A stretch of DNA of 64,000 nt from a virus. Shown here piece by piece: positions 18,991 through 29,150 of this stretch. The notes beneath the pieces were generated by a model. That model ran no database searches, was not told where the DNA came from, and worked only from the letters and a program-made list of their open reading frames with translations. The DNA lies in IMG/VR virus record IMGVR_UViG_3300047496_000172, positions 42,579-106,578 of that record; one strand, 5' to 3'. How positions within the stretch are numbered: the stretch's first letter is position 1; the number at the start of each line of letters is the position of its first letter. Made by a program: the position numbers and the translations under genes.

Positions 18991-20208
18991 ATGAAGCGAA
19001 TTACACTCACTCCCCGTCCTACTTGGCAGAACAATGTTCAAGCTGTTGGATTTAATTGGCATACGCCAAATTTCAATCCATATTGGAATGAAGCCGCTGC
19101 CTACCAATTTACCGCCGCCGAAATTGAGTCTATTAGACAAGCAACGGTAGATGTTAATGGTATGATGCTCGATACTATCGATGCCATTATTACCAGCCGG
19201 TCCCTTCCCATTTTTGGTTATTCCGATGATCTCATTGCAGTAATTGAAAAGAGTTGGGCAGAAACTGAAGAACCTACCATGTTCGGTCGTTTCGACTTTG
19301 CTGTAAATGGAAACGATATCAAGCTTCTCGACTATAACGGTGATTATCCCAGCACTTTTGTTGAAGCTGGCGCCGTCCAAGCGGCTTGGAAGGATGAAGT
19401 TTTTCCAGAATTGTCACAATTCAATGATATTCATGCAGCGACAGTCGATGTTTTTCGTGATATCGCCAATACTCTTCGCGGTCAGCTTCGAACGGATGGT
19501 GCTCCTGATTTCCGAAATGTTTATATCGGCGGCATGTCTCCAGATGTAGAAATCGACGGTGTTGCGGCATATCTCCAACGTGTCGCTCAAGAAGGCGGTC
19601 TCGCGACTCGATTCATTTCCTTTTCGGATATTGGCCGCGCCGTAGAAAATTTCTATGATGAAGATGATGATCTTTATGAGGTTGTTACTTTTGTCGATCT
19701 CCAAAATCAGCCGATTACCAATCTGATTCATCTTGCGCCTCTTAACTGGATGTTGGCTGGTACTTTCGGGCCTGACTTGATCAACCAAGTTGTGCAAGGT
19801 CGGATTCGTCTGATCGAACCGGCATGGAAGATTTTGGCTTCAAATAAGCGTCTCATGGTCGAAATGTGGAATCGAAATGCCTTTCATCCAAATCTTCTGA
19901 AGACTTCAACCATTGTCGAACCGGAATTTCCACTTCTTGGATATGTGTCAAAGCCCGTCACCGGTCAAGGTGGACAGAACGTAACGATCTTTGGCCCCAA
20001 TAACCAAATCGTAGATCAAACCCAAGGTGATTTAGCCAGCGAACAAATGATCTATCAAGAGCGCGCCAATTTGTCCGAAACCGATGGCAACTTTGCCGTC
20101 GTTAATTCTTGGTGGATCGGTGGTCAAAGCGTTGGTTTGGGTATTCATGAGGCATCCGTGCCTATTATTGATGCATCCGGAACATTTGTTCCACATGTTA
20201 TTGTCTAA
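18991..20208 (+). CDS. glutathionylspermidine-synthase-family ATP-grasp protein (YgiC/YjfC-like), atypical active site
   Basis: YWNE, GRFDF, QFN.IH, IEPAWK.L.SNK, YVSKP, FVPH. Confidence 0.9.
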   Translation: MKRITLTPRPTWQNNVQAVGFNWHTPNFNPYWNEAAAYQFTAAEIESIRQATVDVNGMMLDTIDAIITSRSLPIFGYSDDLIAVIEKSWAETEEPTMFGRFDFAVNGNDIKLLDYNGDYPSTFVEAGAVQAAWKDEVFPELSQFNDIHAATVDVFRDIANTLRGQLRTDGAPDFRNVYIGGMSPDVEIDGVAAYLQRVAQEGGLATRFISFSDIGRAVENFYDEDDDLYEVVTFVDLQNQPITNLIHLAPLNWMLAGTFGPDLINQVVQGRIRLIEPAWKILASNKRLMVEMWNRNAFHPNLLKTSTIVEPEFPLLGYVSKPVTGQGGQNVTIFGPNNQIVDQTQGDLASEQMIYQERANLSETDGNFAVVNSWWIGGQSVGLGIHEASVPIIDASGTFVPHVIV

Positions 20209-20341
20209 AGGAGGGAAATATGTATGTAAATGATTTGGCCAATACAAAGGACCAAGTGATTTAAGTTCCTACCGAAGGCGGTCTGCTGATTTTGGAGGCT
20301 GGACATAAACCCAAGTATCCAATTTATGGATGTTCGAAATT

Positions 20342-20366
20342 AGGGAGCCTTTTGGCTCCCTTTTTT
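20342..20366 (+). terminator. intrinsic terminator
   Basis: agggagcc-tttt-ggctccct followed by a T run. Confidence 0.8.
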
Positions 20367-20479
20367 GTATTTTTAGAAATAGACTTTTTGATCTCCATTG
20401 CGGTAATATTAAAAATTACCACAATAAGCATTATGTTAATTATTAACTAAATACTTTTTGAACATATGGAGACAAATGT

Positions 20480-22417
20480 ATGACTACTAATTTGTTTGAT
20501 TTCTTTAAAGAAAACTTTGCTAAGACCAAAGTAGAATATCTCGGGTTAGAAGAGTATCTTACCATTTGTAAGAATGATCATTTAGCTTATGCCACTGCTG
20601 CCGAGAGAATGGTACATGCTATTGGAAAACCGGTTAGCATAGATACATCTAACGATCCAAGATTATCTCGTATTTTTATGAATCGAACAATAAAAATTTA
20701 TCCATCTTTCAAAGATTTTTATGGGATGGAAGATACGATTGAGCGCGTCGTATCATTTTTCAAACATTCAGCCCAAGGTTTGGAAGAACGTAAACAAATC
20801 CTTTATTTGCTTGGTCCAGTAGGGGGCGGAAAGTCTTCCTTGGCGGAACGTTTGAAGGCTCTTATGGAAGCGTATCCTATATACGTTTTGTGTGCTGGTG
20901 AAGAACTAAGTCCAGTGTTTGAGACTCCTTTGGGTCTTTTTCCTGGTGAACGTTACGCCGAGATCATTAAGGATCAATATGGTATTGATTCTCGTTATCT
21001 GAACAATATTTTGAGTCCATGGGCGGTAAAACGTTTAAAAGAATTTGATGGTGATATCTCTAAATTTCGTGTTGCCAAAATCATTCCTTCTCGGTTGGAA
21101 CAAATCGCTATTTGTAAAACTGAACCCGGCGATGAAAATAATCAGGATATATCCTGTTTAGTTGGGAAGACTGATATTCGCAAACTTGAATATTTCAGCC
21201 AAAATGATCCGGATGCCTATTCTTTTTCTGGTGCGCTCTGCCGCGCTAACCAAGGGCTAATGGAATTTGTAGAAATGTTCAAGGCTCCGATCAAAGTTCT
21301 TCACCCATTATTGACCGCCACCCAGGAAGGCAATTACGTAGGAACTGAAGCCATTAGCGCAATTCCTTTTAACGGGATTATCCTGGCACACAGTAATATG
21401 AGCGAATGGTTAACTTTCAAAAACAATGCCAATAATGAAGCTTTTCTTGATCGTATTTGCGTTATCAAAGTTCCATATTGCTTGCGAAAGACAGAAGAAG
21501 AAGAAATTTATACAAAGATGTTAAATTCTTCTGATCTATCTAAAGCACCGTTGGCTCCGCAAACACTTAGTATGTTGGCAAAGTTTACAGTTTTAAGCAG
21601 AATAAAGGATCATACAAATTCCACCTTGTGGTCAAAAATGCGTGTATATGATGGAGAAAATCTTAAGGAAATAGACCCAAAAGCAAAATCTATGCAAGAA
21701 TATAGAGATGAGGCAGGAGTGGATGAAGGTATGACTGGTATTTCTACTCGATTTGCTTTTAAGATTTTATCGTCAACCTTTAATTTTGATGGTGAAGAAG
21801 TTGCGGCTGATCCAGTACATCTTATGATGGTTTTGGAAAATGCTATTCGACGCGAACAGTTTGGTATTGACGTTGAAAAGAAATATCTGAGCTTTATCAA
21901 AGAAAAACTTGTTCCTGAATATGCTGAGTTCATTGGAAATGAAATTCAGATGGCTTATTTGGAAGCCTATGATGAATATGGTCAAGCTACATTTGATCGG
22001 TATATTGAATATGCTGATTGTTGGATGTCTGAAATTGACTATAAAGATGCTGATACTGGAGCATTATACGATAGAGATATTTTGAATAATGAATTAGAAA
22101 AGATTGAAAAAGCTGGTGGTCTTTCTAATAATCCAAAAGATTTTCGCTCTGAGGTTGTAAATTTTGTCTTAAGACAACGTGCCAAACAAACTCAAGTTAA
22201 ATGGACAAGTTATGAAAAATTGAAGAAAGTTATCGAAAAGAAAATTTTCGCTTCTTCTGAAGAACTTCTCCCTATTATATCGTTTGGCGCCAAACAAGAC
22301 AAAGAATCAGAAAAGAAACATAACGATTTCGTAGAAAGAATGAAAAATCGTGGTCTTACGGAACGTCAAATTCGCCGTGCGGTAGAATGGTTTTTACGTA
22401 TTAGAAAGAGTAATTAA
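20480..22417 (+). CDS. prkA: PrkA/YeaG AAA+ ATPase / serine kinase
   Basis: LLGPVGGGKSSL, EPGDENNQDIS, EMFKAPIKVLHPLLTATQE, EAFLDRI, GISTRF. Confidence 0.96.
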   Translation: MTTNLFDFFKENFAKTKVEYLGLEEYLTICKNDHLAYATAAERMVHAIGKPVSIDTSNDPRLSRIFMNRTIKIYPSFKDFYGMEDTIERVVSFFKHSAQGLEERKQILYLLGPVGGGKSSLAERLKALMEAYPIYVLCAGEELSPVFETPLGLFPGERYAEIIKDQYGIDSRYLNNILSPWAVKRLKEFDGDISKFRVAKIIPSRLEQIAICKTEPGDENNQDISCLVGKTDIRKLEYFSQNDPDAYSFSGALCRANQGLMEFVEMFKAPIKVLHPLLTATQEGNYVGTEAISAIPFNGIILAHSNMSEWLTFKNNANNEAFLDRICVIKVPYCLRKTEEEEIYTKMLNSSDLSKAPLAPQTLSMLAKFTVLSRIKDHTNSTLWSKMRVYDGENLKEIDPKAKSMQEYRDEAGVDEGMTGISTRFAFKILSSTFNFDGEEVAADPVHLMMVLENAIRREQFGIDVEKKYLSFIKEKLVPEYAEFIGNEIQMAYLEAYDEYGQATFDRYIEYADCWMSEIDYKDADTGALYDRDILNNELEKIEKAGGLSNNPKDFRSEVVNFVLRQRAKQTQVKWTSYEKLKKVIEKKIFASSEELLPIISFGAKQDKESEKKHNDFVERMKNRGLTERQIRRAVEWFLRIRKSN

Positions 22418-22636
22418 TTGGAGTTAAGTATGAATACGGTTGAATATATTCGTTTACTGACAAAATTAACTGAACAGTTGCGATTAACTTCTTCTGTTAT
22501 GAAAGAATTAAACGAACTCATGACTGATGGTAGTATAATTCCTTATTCCCCGCTTCATTTGTTACTCGAAGAATTGACTAATAATATAATAGACACCAAG
22601 AAACTTATACAAGAGAGTAAAAAATATCGTGCGTAA
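22418..22636 (+). CDS. small hypothetical protein between prkA and yeaH
   Basis: ORF fills the gap; SD GGAG before internal ATG. Confidence 0.5.
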   Translation: MELSMNTVEYIRLLTKLTEQLRLTSSVMKELNELMTDGSIIPYSPLHLLLEELTNNIIDTKKLIQESKKYRA

Positions 22637-23918
22637 TTTTACGATCATAGATAGGCGCGAAAATCCTAAAGGAAAGTCTTTATCAAATCGTCAACGATTT
22701 TTGGAAAGAGCGAAACATAGTATCAAAAAGGCGGCTCATAAAGCATTTGATACAAAATCGATTGGAAACCAAGAAGACACCGTAATTAATATAGAAAACG
22801 ACGGTACGGATGAGCCAAGATTTAGAACTGATCCTTCTACTGGAGACTATGATTATGTTTTGCCAGGAAATGAAGAATTTATAGTTGGCGATATTATTAG
22901 AAAACCTAAGAAAAAAGCTGGCGGTGGCTCCGGTGGTGATGGATCAGGAAATGGAAAAGGAGAAGATGACTTTGATTTTGTTCTCTCATATGAAGAATTT
23001 TTAGATGTTATTTTTGATGATCTTGAACTTCCAGATTTGATTAAAAAATCTGAAAAAAATGCTGTTTCGTTTTCTAATAGACGAGCAGGACATACCACTA
23101 CAGGGATGCCATCCAATCTTAATGTCGAAAAAACCGCTATGGCAGGTATGGCTCGCAGAATTGCTTTAAAATCTCCAAAGTTTAAAAAAATTCACGAATT
23201 AGAAGAAGAGTTGAAAAATTGCCAAGATGAAAATCGTATGGCTGCTATAAAAGAAGAAATAGCATCATTAAGAAAAAGAGCTAATGCGATAGGATATCTC
23301 GATGATGTCGATCTAAGATATAACAATTTCGTAAAAACGCCTAAACCAATCACTCAAGCCGTAATGATTTTGCTAATGGATGTTTCGGGGTCAATGGGTG
23401 TTCATGAAAAAACAATCGCAAAGAAATTTTTTGTTTTACTTCATCTATTCTTGAAAAGACGATATGAAAATATTGATGTGGTATTTGTTAGACACCACGA
23501 TGAGGCAATGGAATGTGATGAGGTAGAATTCTTTAATTCTCGTGAAACAGGAGGCACAATAGTCTCCAAAGGCTATCAAAAAATAAAAGAAATCATTGCG
23601 GAAAGATATCATAGTGATGATTGGAACATTTATATAGCTCAAGCCTCTGATGGTGATAATTCGAGTGATGATAACCAAAATGTTGTAAAATATCTTGTCA
23701 AAGATTTATTGCCTATTGCTCAATATTTTACATACTTAGAAATAGATGATGGCCTCTCGTCTCCTTCTATATGGGGATTTGCTATACCAAAAACTTTGTG
23801 GCACGTAATTTCTCCTTTGACTAAAGAAAATGATAATCTAACTTGTGCTACTATAAATGATGAAAATAAAGTTATTTCTGTATTCAGAAATCTGTTTAAT
23901 AAGGCATTAAAAAAATGA
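22629..23918 (+). CDS. yeaH: YeaH/YhbH (DUF444) vWA protein
   Basis: IIDRR.N.KGKS..NRQRF, MDVSGSM, ETGGT.VS, QASDGDN. Confidence 0.95.
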   Translation: MRNFTIIDRRENPKGKSLSNRQRFLERAKHSIKKAAHKAFDTKSIGNQEDTVINIENDGTDEPRFRTDPSTGDYDYVLPGNEEFIVGDIIRKPKKKAGGGSGGDGSGNGKGEDDFDFVLSYEEFLDVIFDDLELPDLIKKSEKNAVSFSNRRAGHTTTGMPSNLNVEKTAMAGMARRIALKSPKFKKIHELEEELKNCQDENRMAAIKEEIASLRKRANAIGYLDDVDLRYNNFVKTPKPITQAVMILLMDVSGSMGVHEKTIAKKFFVLLHLFLKRRYENIDVVFVRHHDEAMECDEVEFFNSRETGGTIVSKGYQKIKEIIAERYHSDDWNIYIAQASDGDNSSDDNQNVVKYLVKDLLPIAQYFTYLEIDDGLSSPSIWGFAIPKTLWHVISPLTKENDNLTCATINDENKVISVFRNLFNKALKK

Positions 23919-26335
23919 CAGAACCATTATGGACTGATAGTGATTGGACTTTTCCTTTATTGTCAAAAACTTATGAGGAAATAGAAAAAATTGGCGTCGG
24001 AGAATTAGGGTTAAATTTGTATCCTAATCAATTTGAAATAATTAATTCTGAACAAATGTTGGAACTTTATACTAATATAGCTATGCCGACATACTATAGT
24101 CATTGGTCATTTGGTAAAAGACATGCTCAAGATGAACAAAACTATAAATCCGGAGCTTCAGGATTGGCCTACGAAATCGTAAATAATCTTTCTCCAACGA
24201 TCAATTATCTTATGGAAGATAATTCCATGACAACACAAGCCTTGGTTATGGCTCATGCTGCGTGTGTTTCTGGTGATACAGAATATTTGTCTACCACTGG
24301 ATGGAAAAAAATCGCGGATTATAAAATAGGCGATTTAGTAGCTCAATACAATGAAGATGGTACGGCGAATTTTATTAATCCTACACACTTTATTAAAAAA
24401 CCTGTTTCTGATCCATTTATTCATGTTGAAGGAATAGGCGTAGATCAACTTATAACACCGGATCATACAGTAGTTTTTGAAAATCATCTCGGAAGTCTTA
24501 TTAAAATAACAGGAGAAGAGTTAAATAGACGTAATACTTTAAAAACCCGAGGATTTAACGGAAAATTTATTACGGGGTTTCAATTAAAAACTCATACCTC
24601 GTTGCCTCTTACTAATGATGAAATTATGTTGCATATAGCCATCAAAGCTGATGGCAGCTATCCCAAAAAGATCATCTCCGATCATTTCAATTGTGTTTCT
24701 CATCATAGAGTTAGATTTCATCTTAAGAAGCAAAGAAAAATCGAGAGATTAGAGGAAATACTTACACGGCTAAATATTTCGTTCGATAAAAATCCTTCAT
24801 ACGATGGTAGGGTTTTTATATCTTTTAATATTAAAGAGAAAATAGAAAAGCGTTTTGATGTAGAATGGTATTCTGCTTCCAGTGATCAGTTAAAATTGAT
24901 TGGTAACGAAGTATTGTTGTGGGATGGGTCAGTTTCATCTAATAAATTTTCATCAAAATTTTTAGAAGACATCAATTATATCCAATATGTTTGGGCATCT
25001 ACTGGTAAGCATACTCATGTATCCCAAGGCGTCCGCTGTTTTGAAGTGAATTTTTCAATAAAACCAAGAAAATCTATTAGTAAACATGGAGAAGATAATG
25101 CTAAAAAATCTCCCAAAATATTTGATATGATTCCATCAGATGACGGATATGCTTATTGTTTTACTGTGCCATCAGGAATGTTTATTTCTAGACGAAATAA
25201 TAAAATAACGGTAACTGGTAATTGCGGCCACAATTTTTTCTTCAAAAATAACTATTTGTTCAAAACTTGGACAGATGCCGAGGCGATATTAGATTATTTG
25301 GTATTTGCTAAAGATTATATTACTAAGGTTGAAGAAATCGAAGGACGAGAAACCGTTGAAACTTTCCTAGATAGTTGTCATGCTTTAATGGATTACGGAG
25401 TAAACCGATACAAGAGACCTTCAAAACTATCAATGGAAAATGAAAAGAAAAAACAAAGAGATCGTGAAGAATATTTACAATCTCAAGTTGATGAAATGTA
25501 TAGAATCTTACCGACATCAAAAACTATTTCTAAAAAATTAGAACAATTTCCAAAACAACCCGAAGAAAATATACTGTATTTTTGTGAAAAATATGCCCCA
25601 AGTCTAAAAACTTGGGAAAGAGAACTTATTAGAATTGTGCGTAAAATATCACAATACTTTTATCCTCAAGCACAAACGAAAATTGCTAATGAAGGTTGTG
25701 CTACATATACTCATTATACAATTATGAATAGATTACACCAAAAAGGTCTAACTTCACATGGAGCCCATATGGAATTTCTGGCTCTACACTCAAATGTGTT
25801 AACCCAGCCAACCTGGGACAAACCTTACTACAATGGTATGAATCCATACAAACTGGGTTTTGAAATATTCAAAGATATTGATCGAATTTGTACGCACCCA
25901 ACTGATGAAGATAAAAAATGGTTCCCAGACCTTATCGGTGAAAATTCTTGGGATATCATCAAAGACGCAGTAGTCAATTATCGAGATGAAAGTTTTATTC
26001 GTCAATTTCTTTCACCTAAATTGATTAGAGACCTTAGATTATTTCAGGTTAAAGATGTAAGAGAGCACGATGCTTATATTGTAGAAGCTATACATGATGA
26101 ACGCGGCTATGATCAAATTAGAACATTACTAGCTGATCAAAATGAGCGAGAAATTTATGTTCCTCGCATAGAAGTGGTGAAAGCTGATCCTGAAGATAGA
26201 TCATTGACCTTGTTATATACTCCATTAAGAAATAGAAAACTTGCCGATCCAACTCGAATGCTTCAACATGTCAAAAGATTATGGGGATATAAAGTTCGTT
26301 TGATGGATAAAAATGGTACTATCAAAACTATTTAA
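23915..26335 (+). CDS. spoVR: SpoVR/YcgB family protein containing an intein
   Basis: HWSFGK, LAYEIV, AHAA|CGHN.FFKNN, NEGCAT, NPYKLG, YRDESFI.QFL. Confidence 0.95.
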   Translation: MTEPLWTDSDWTFPLLSKTYEEIEKIGVGELGLNLYPNQFEIINSEQMLELYTNIAMPTYYSHWSFGKRHAQDEQNYKSGASGLAYEIVNNLSPTINYLMEDNSMTTQALVMAHAACVSGDTEYLSTTGWKKIADYKIGDLVAQYNEDGTANFINPTHFIKKPVSDPFIHVEGIGVDQLITPDHTVVFENHLGSLIKITGEELNRRNTLKTRGFNGKFITGFQLKTHTSLPLTNDEIMLHIAIKADGSYPKKIISDHFNCVSHHRVRFHLKKQRKIERLEEILTRLNISFDKNPSYDGRVFISFNIKEKIEKRFDVEWYSASSDQLKLIGNEVLLWDGSVSSNKFSSKFLEDINYIQYVWASTGKHTHVSQGVRCFEVNFSIKPRKSISKHGEDNAKKSPKIFDMIPSDDGYAYCFTVPSGMFISRRNNKITVTGNCGHNFFFKNNYLFKTWTDAEAILDYLVFAKDYITKVEEIEGRETVETFLDSCHALMDYGVNRYKRPSKLSMENEKKKQRDREEYLQSQVDEMYRILPTSKTISKKLEQFPKQPEENILYFCEKYAPSLKTWERELIRIVRKISQYFYPQAQTKIANEGCATYTHYTIMNRLHQKGLTSHGAHMEFLALHSNVLTQPTWDKPYYNGMNPYKLGFEIFKDIDRICTHPTDEDKKWFPDLIGENSWDIIKDAVVNYRDESFIRQFLSPKLIRDLRLFQVKDVREHDAYIVEAIHDERGYDQIRTLLADQNEREIYVPRIEVVKADPEDRSLTLLYTPLRNRKLADPTRMLQHVKRLWGYKVRLMDKNGTIKTI
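24263..25222 (+). mobile_element. 320-aa intein with LAGLIDADG-like endonuclease region
   Basis: Starts CVSGDTEYLS, block B ITPDH, AIKADGS and LLWDGS helices, ends YCFTVPSG...ITVTGN|C; removal gives AHAACGHN (486 aa product). Confidence 0.92.
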
Positions 26336-26371
26336 GCATAGTTTGCAGGCGAATATCCATGGTCTATTATT

Positions 26372-26379
26372 TATAAATA
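26372..26379 (+). promoter_or_regulatory. T4-type late promoter TATAAATA (one of many NNTAAATA sites)
   Basis: Related sites at 10391(-), 32961(-), 41175, 43762, 45046, 46343, 48148, 61920. Confidence 0.7.
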
Positions 26380-26384
26380 GTCGG

Positions 26385-26900
26385 ATGCGCGACTGGATCA
26401 ACATTATAAACGAAGCTATGTTAAATGAAGGGCGCGATGCTCCTTTGTATCATGGCACACATTTTGGCGCCGCGTTACAAATAATATCTGAAAATAGAAT
26501 TGATGCCACTGTTATTCATGATATTCCATTAGCAGTTCCATTGGCCACAAAAGGTGTTTATAAGAACATTTATAGTGAAAATGGTGTAAGTCTATCTAGA
26601 TTATCAATATTATTGGCTGGTCCGGTATTATTTGTCATAGATCAACAGAAATTATCACAGACTAAAAAATTATATCCTATTGATTATTGGGTTTCAAGTG
26701 GCGGCTCAAGACGTCCAAAAAGTAATAACAAATATGAAGCCGAAGAATTTTTAGTTGGCCCACTTTATCCATTAGATAAGTATTTGCTTGCTATAGAAAC
26801 AACTAAAGAAGCAATTGAAAACTTTAAACGTAATTACAAAAATACAGATTTAACTCCTTTATTAGAGCATCCAAAATTTAAAATAGTTAATTCTTACTAA
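26385..26900 (+). CDS. ADP-ribosyltransferase-fold protein with MRxWINIxxE leader
   Basis: LYHGT, GVSLSR, EAEE; start re-called to ATG 26385 behind the late promoter. Confidence 0.6.
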   Translation: MRDWINIINEAMLNEGRDAPLYHGTHFGAALQIISENRIDATVIHDIPLAVPLATKGVYKNIYSENGVSLSRLSILLAGPVLFVIDQQKLSQTKKLYPIDYWVSSGGSRRPKSNNKYEAEEFLVGPLYPLDKYLLAIETTKEAIENFKRNYKNTDLTPLLEHPKFKIVNSY

Positions 26901-26967
26901 GGAATAGTTTTACAAAAATTAGCTTGCCATTCTATTTTTTGGTGCTACAGTTCGATTCGTTATCAAT

Positions 26968-27309
26968 TTGGAGTATAAGAAAATGGTTATAAATCCTGTA
27001 GACCTTGCTTTTTCCGATGTTATGAGCGTAATTAATATCATGCGAGTTTCTGCTACCGGCAGAGCCGATATGATTAATCACAATAGAGTGTTAAGCAATA
27101 TTGCTGAAGCTCGTTTGAAGTTAGATGCGCTGGAAACGGCCACTCTAGCAGATCAAAAGCAAAAAATCAAAGAAACTGCGGACAAACAATCGGCTAGGGT
27201 TGCTGAAGAAAAAAGACTTTCACTTTATCTTTTAGCGCACCCAGAAGAAGCTGACCGCGCCGCCCGACTTTCTAAAGTAAACCTCAACCGTGTTGAAATT
27301 ACTTTCTAA
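26968..27309 (+). CDS. hypothetical protein
   Basis: ORF; its end is altered by a 34-bp duplication. Confidence 0.6.
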   Translation: MEYKKMVINPVDLAFSDVMSVINIMRVSATGRADMINHNRVLSNIAEARLKLDALETATLADQKQKIKETADKQSARVAEEKRLSLYLLAHPEEADRAARLSKVNLNRVEITF

Positions 27310-27334
27310 AGTAAACCTCAACGGTGTTGAAATT
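27267..27334. repeat. 34-bp tandem duplication (1 mismatch)
   Basis: actttctaaagtaaacctcaac(c/g)gtgttgaaatt x2. Confidence 0.95.
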
Positions 27335-27360
27335 ATCACCAAATAAGGGGAGATCGGTAA

Positions 27361-28044
27361 ATGCCTGTATTTAAAAGTGAGATTGAAAAATCTCTTGGAT
27401 GCGCGATAAATAGCCCTATTTTTCCGGTCGCCGCCCAAATTAAGGCTCTCTATCTTGCGGGAACATCTATTCCAGATTTAATTGTCAAGTTTAAAGAGCA
27501 TGGTCTTTCAAAAACCATTATTACTAATTATATTACACGTAATAATTTCTTTCAACCTGAACAAGAAATTGAACCACCTAGTTGTGTGATGTCATCGTCT
27601 ACACACGTAGTGTGGACGCGGGAGGGGGACGCGCCCGGTTGTGACGCTATTTCTGGACCCGGCGCGTCAATCGATATCGGTCTCGGCGCCCATGAAGAGA
27701 CGGTCGGCGGTCATATTAATTTTCAAGGTTCTGATCATTCGGTAGCAGAAAAAATACTAGCTAAACATCGGGAAACATTGGCGGAAGCGGCTGCGCTGAC
27801 CCTCAAGGTATTCGACAAAATAGTTTTGGCCGACGCCTCTGCCTCAAAAACGCTCTCTGAAAAAGAGGACTTGATTTACGCTGGTGCAAAGACTATACTT
27901 GAACAATCAGGTGGGTGTTGGTTCCATGTTGGACCCGAGCCCGATAGTATGGCTGACCAACTTTTTTGTGCTCTTCCAGTGGAAGAAGGACAAAAATTCT
28001 GTGAAATTCACAGGGAGGTAGCTGTTAGAAAAAGGCAAGGTTAG
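27361..28044 (+). CDS. GcrA-like regulator
   Basis: LYLAGTS..GLSKTII..YITR N-terminal domain; CWFHVG..FCA.P...FCEIH..VA C-terminal domain. Confidence 0.7.
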   Translation: MPVFKSEIEKSLGCAINSPIFPVAAQIKALYLAGTSIPDLIVKFKEHGLSKTIITNYITRNNFFQPEQEIEPPSCVMSSSTHVVWTREGDAPGCDAISGPGASIDIGLGAHEETVGGHINFQGSDHSVAEKILAKHRETLAEAAALTLKVFDKIVLADASASKTLSEKEDLIYAGAKTILEQSGGCWFHVGPEPDSMADQLFCALPVEEGQKFCEIHREVAVRKRQG

Positions 28045-28781
28045 TGTTTGATTCCGAGTACGAAGAACCCGTTGTAGTACCGCCAGTTAACGAAATTGTA
28101 AAACCTAATACGGGCGGTCATAAAAAAACTCAAGAAGAAATTAATAGAGGATGTATCGAAAAAAGTAAAATATATCCAATAGCGTATGAAGTGCGCCGAA
28201 TGTATCTTGATGGCGCAAGTATTGATGAAATTGCATACAGTTTTCAGGGGTTAACCCGAAATCATATAGCTGGTTATGTAAGCCGCAATAATCTTAAGAG
28301 ACCTTCCGTAGCTCAAACAGGAAAACCAAGATTTGTGCGCCCGGTTGTACCACTTGAAATAAAGCCTGAAGAAATAGTAAACGTGCCATCTACCCCCCAA
28401 TTCATTGAACCGTCAAAGCCAAAAACTATTGCAGATATTTGTGAAAATATCCGTGAAGAAGTAGTCAAAGCCAAGGAACTGAAGACTAAAAGAGTAGATT
28501 TAGCGGCGGAACAACGGCGAATTATAGCCAGCAAAATCCTTAGAATTCGAGCCCAAGAACGTATCTTGGCTAAGAAAGAAGATATCGTTGTCGTGGTCAA
28601 AAACTTCATAAATGAAGGCAAAACGATTTCGCAGTCAAGCGATGGATGCTGGTATCCAATAGGAGAAAAACCCAGTAGACCTGCCGAACAAAAATTCTGT
28701 GCTCGACCACAAGCCGCCGGAAGTCGATTTTGTGCGGAGCATCAAGAAGTTGCTTGTAGACCAGCAACAAGGGTAAGATAA
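28044..28781 (+). CDS. GcrA-like regulator
   Basis: MYLDGASIDEIA..GLTRNHIAGYVSR; CWYPIG..FCARP..GSRFCAEH..VA. Confidence 0.78.
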   Translation: MFDSEYEEPVVVPPVNEIVKPNTGGHKKTQEEINRGCIEKSKIYPIAYEVRRMYLDGASIDEIAYSFQGLTRNHIAGYVSRNNLKRPSVAQTGKPRFVRPVVPLEIKPEEIVNVPSTPQFIEPSKPKTIADICENIREEVVKAKELKTKRVDLAAEQRRIIASKILRIRAQERILAKKEDIVVVVKNFINEGKTISQSSDGCWYPIGEKPSRPAEQKFCARPQAAGSRFCAEHQEVACRPATRVR

Positions 28782-29150
28782 TGACTGAAGTGAAGCCACG
28801 GAAACAACCTTCAAAGTTGGATGTGAAAGTTGCGATATTTGGTTTACGATAGGATATCAATTACCTTCTCCACAAGAACGTTGGAATAAACGTGGATATA
28901 TCCGGATAATGTTGGACCAGTTGCTAAAAATAATCACTACGAAGGTCCAGACTAATGAAGATTCTATTGGCGTAATATTAGTCAGTATTTCAGTTATTTT
29001 TGCCCTATACTTGATGTTTTTTTGCATATAGCTATGCTACATAATGTTTTTGAAATTTTATTTATTGCGGGTTTTTGTATTTTATTTGTATGTATTTTTA
29101 TAGAAAAATTTTCTTCTTGACTTATATTTAAAGTCAAGTATCATGTATGA

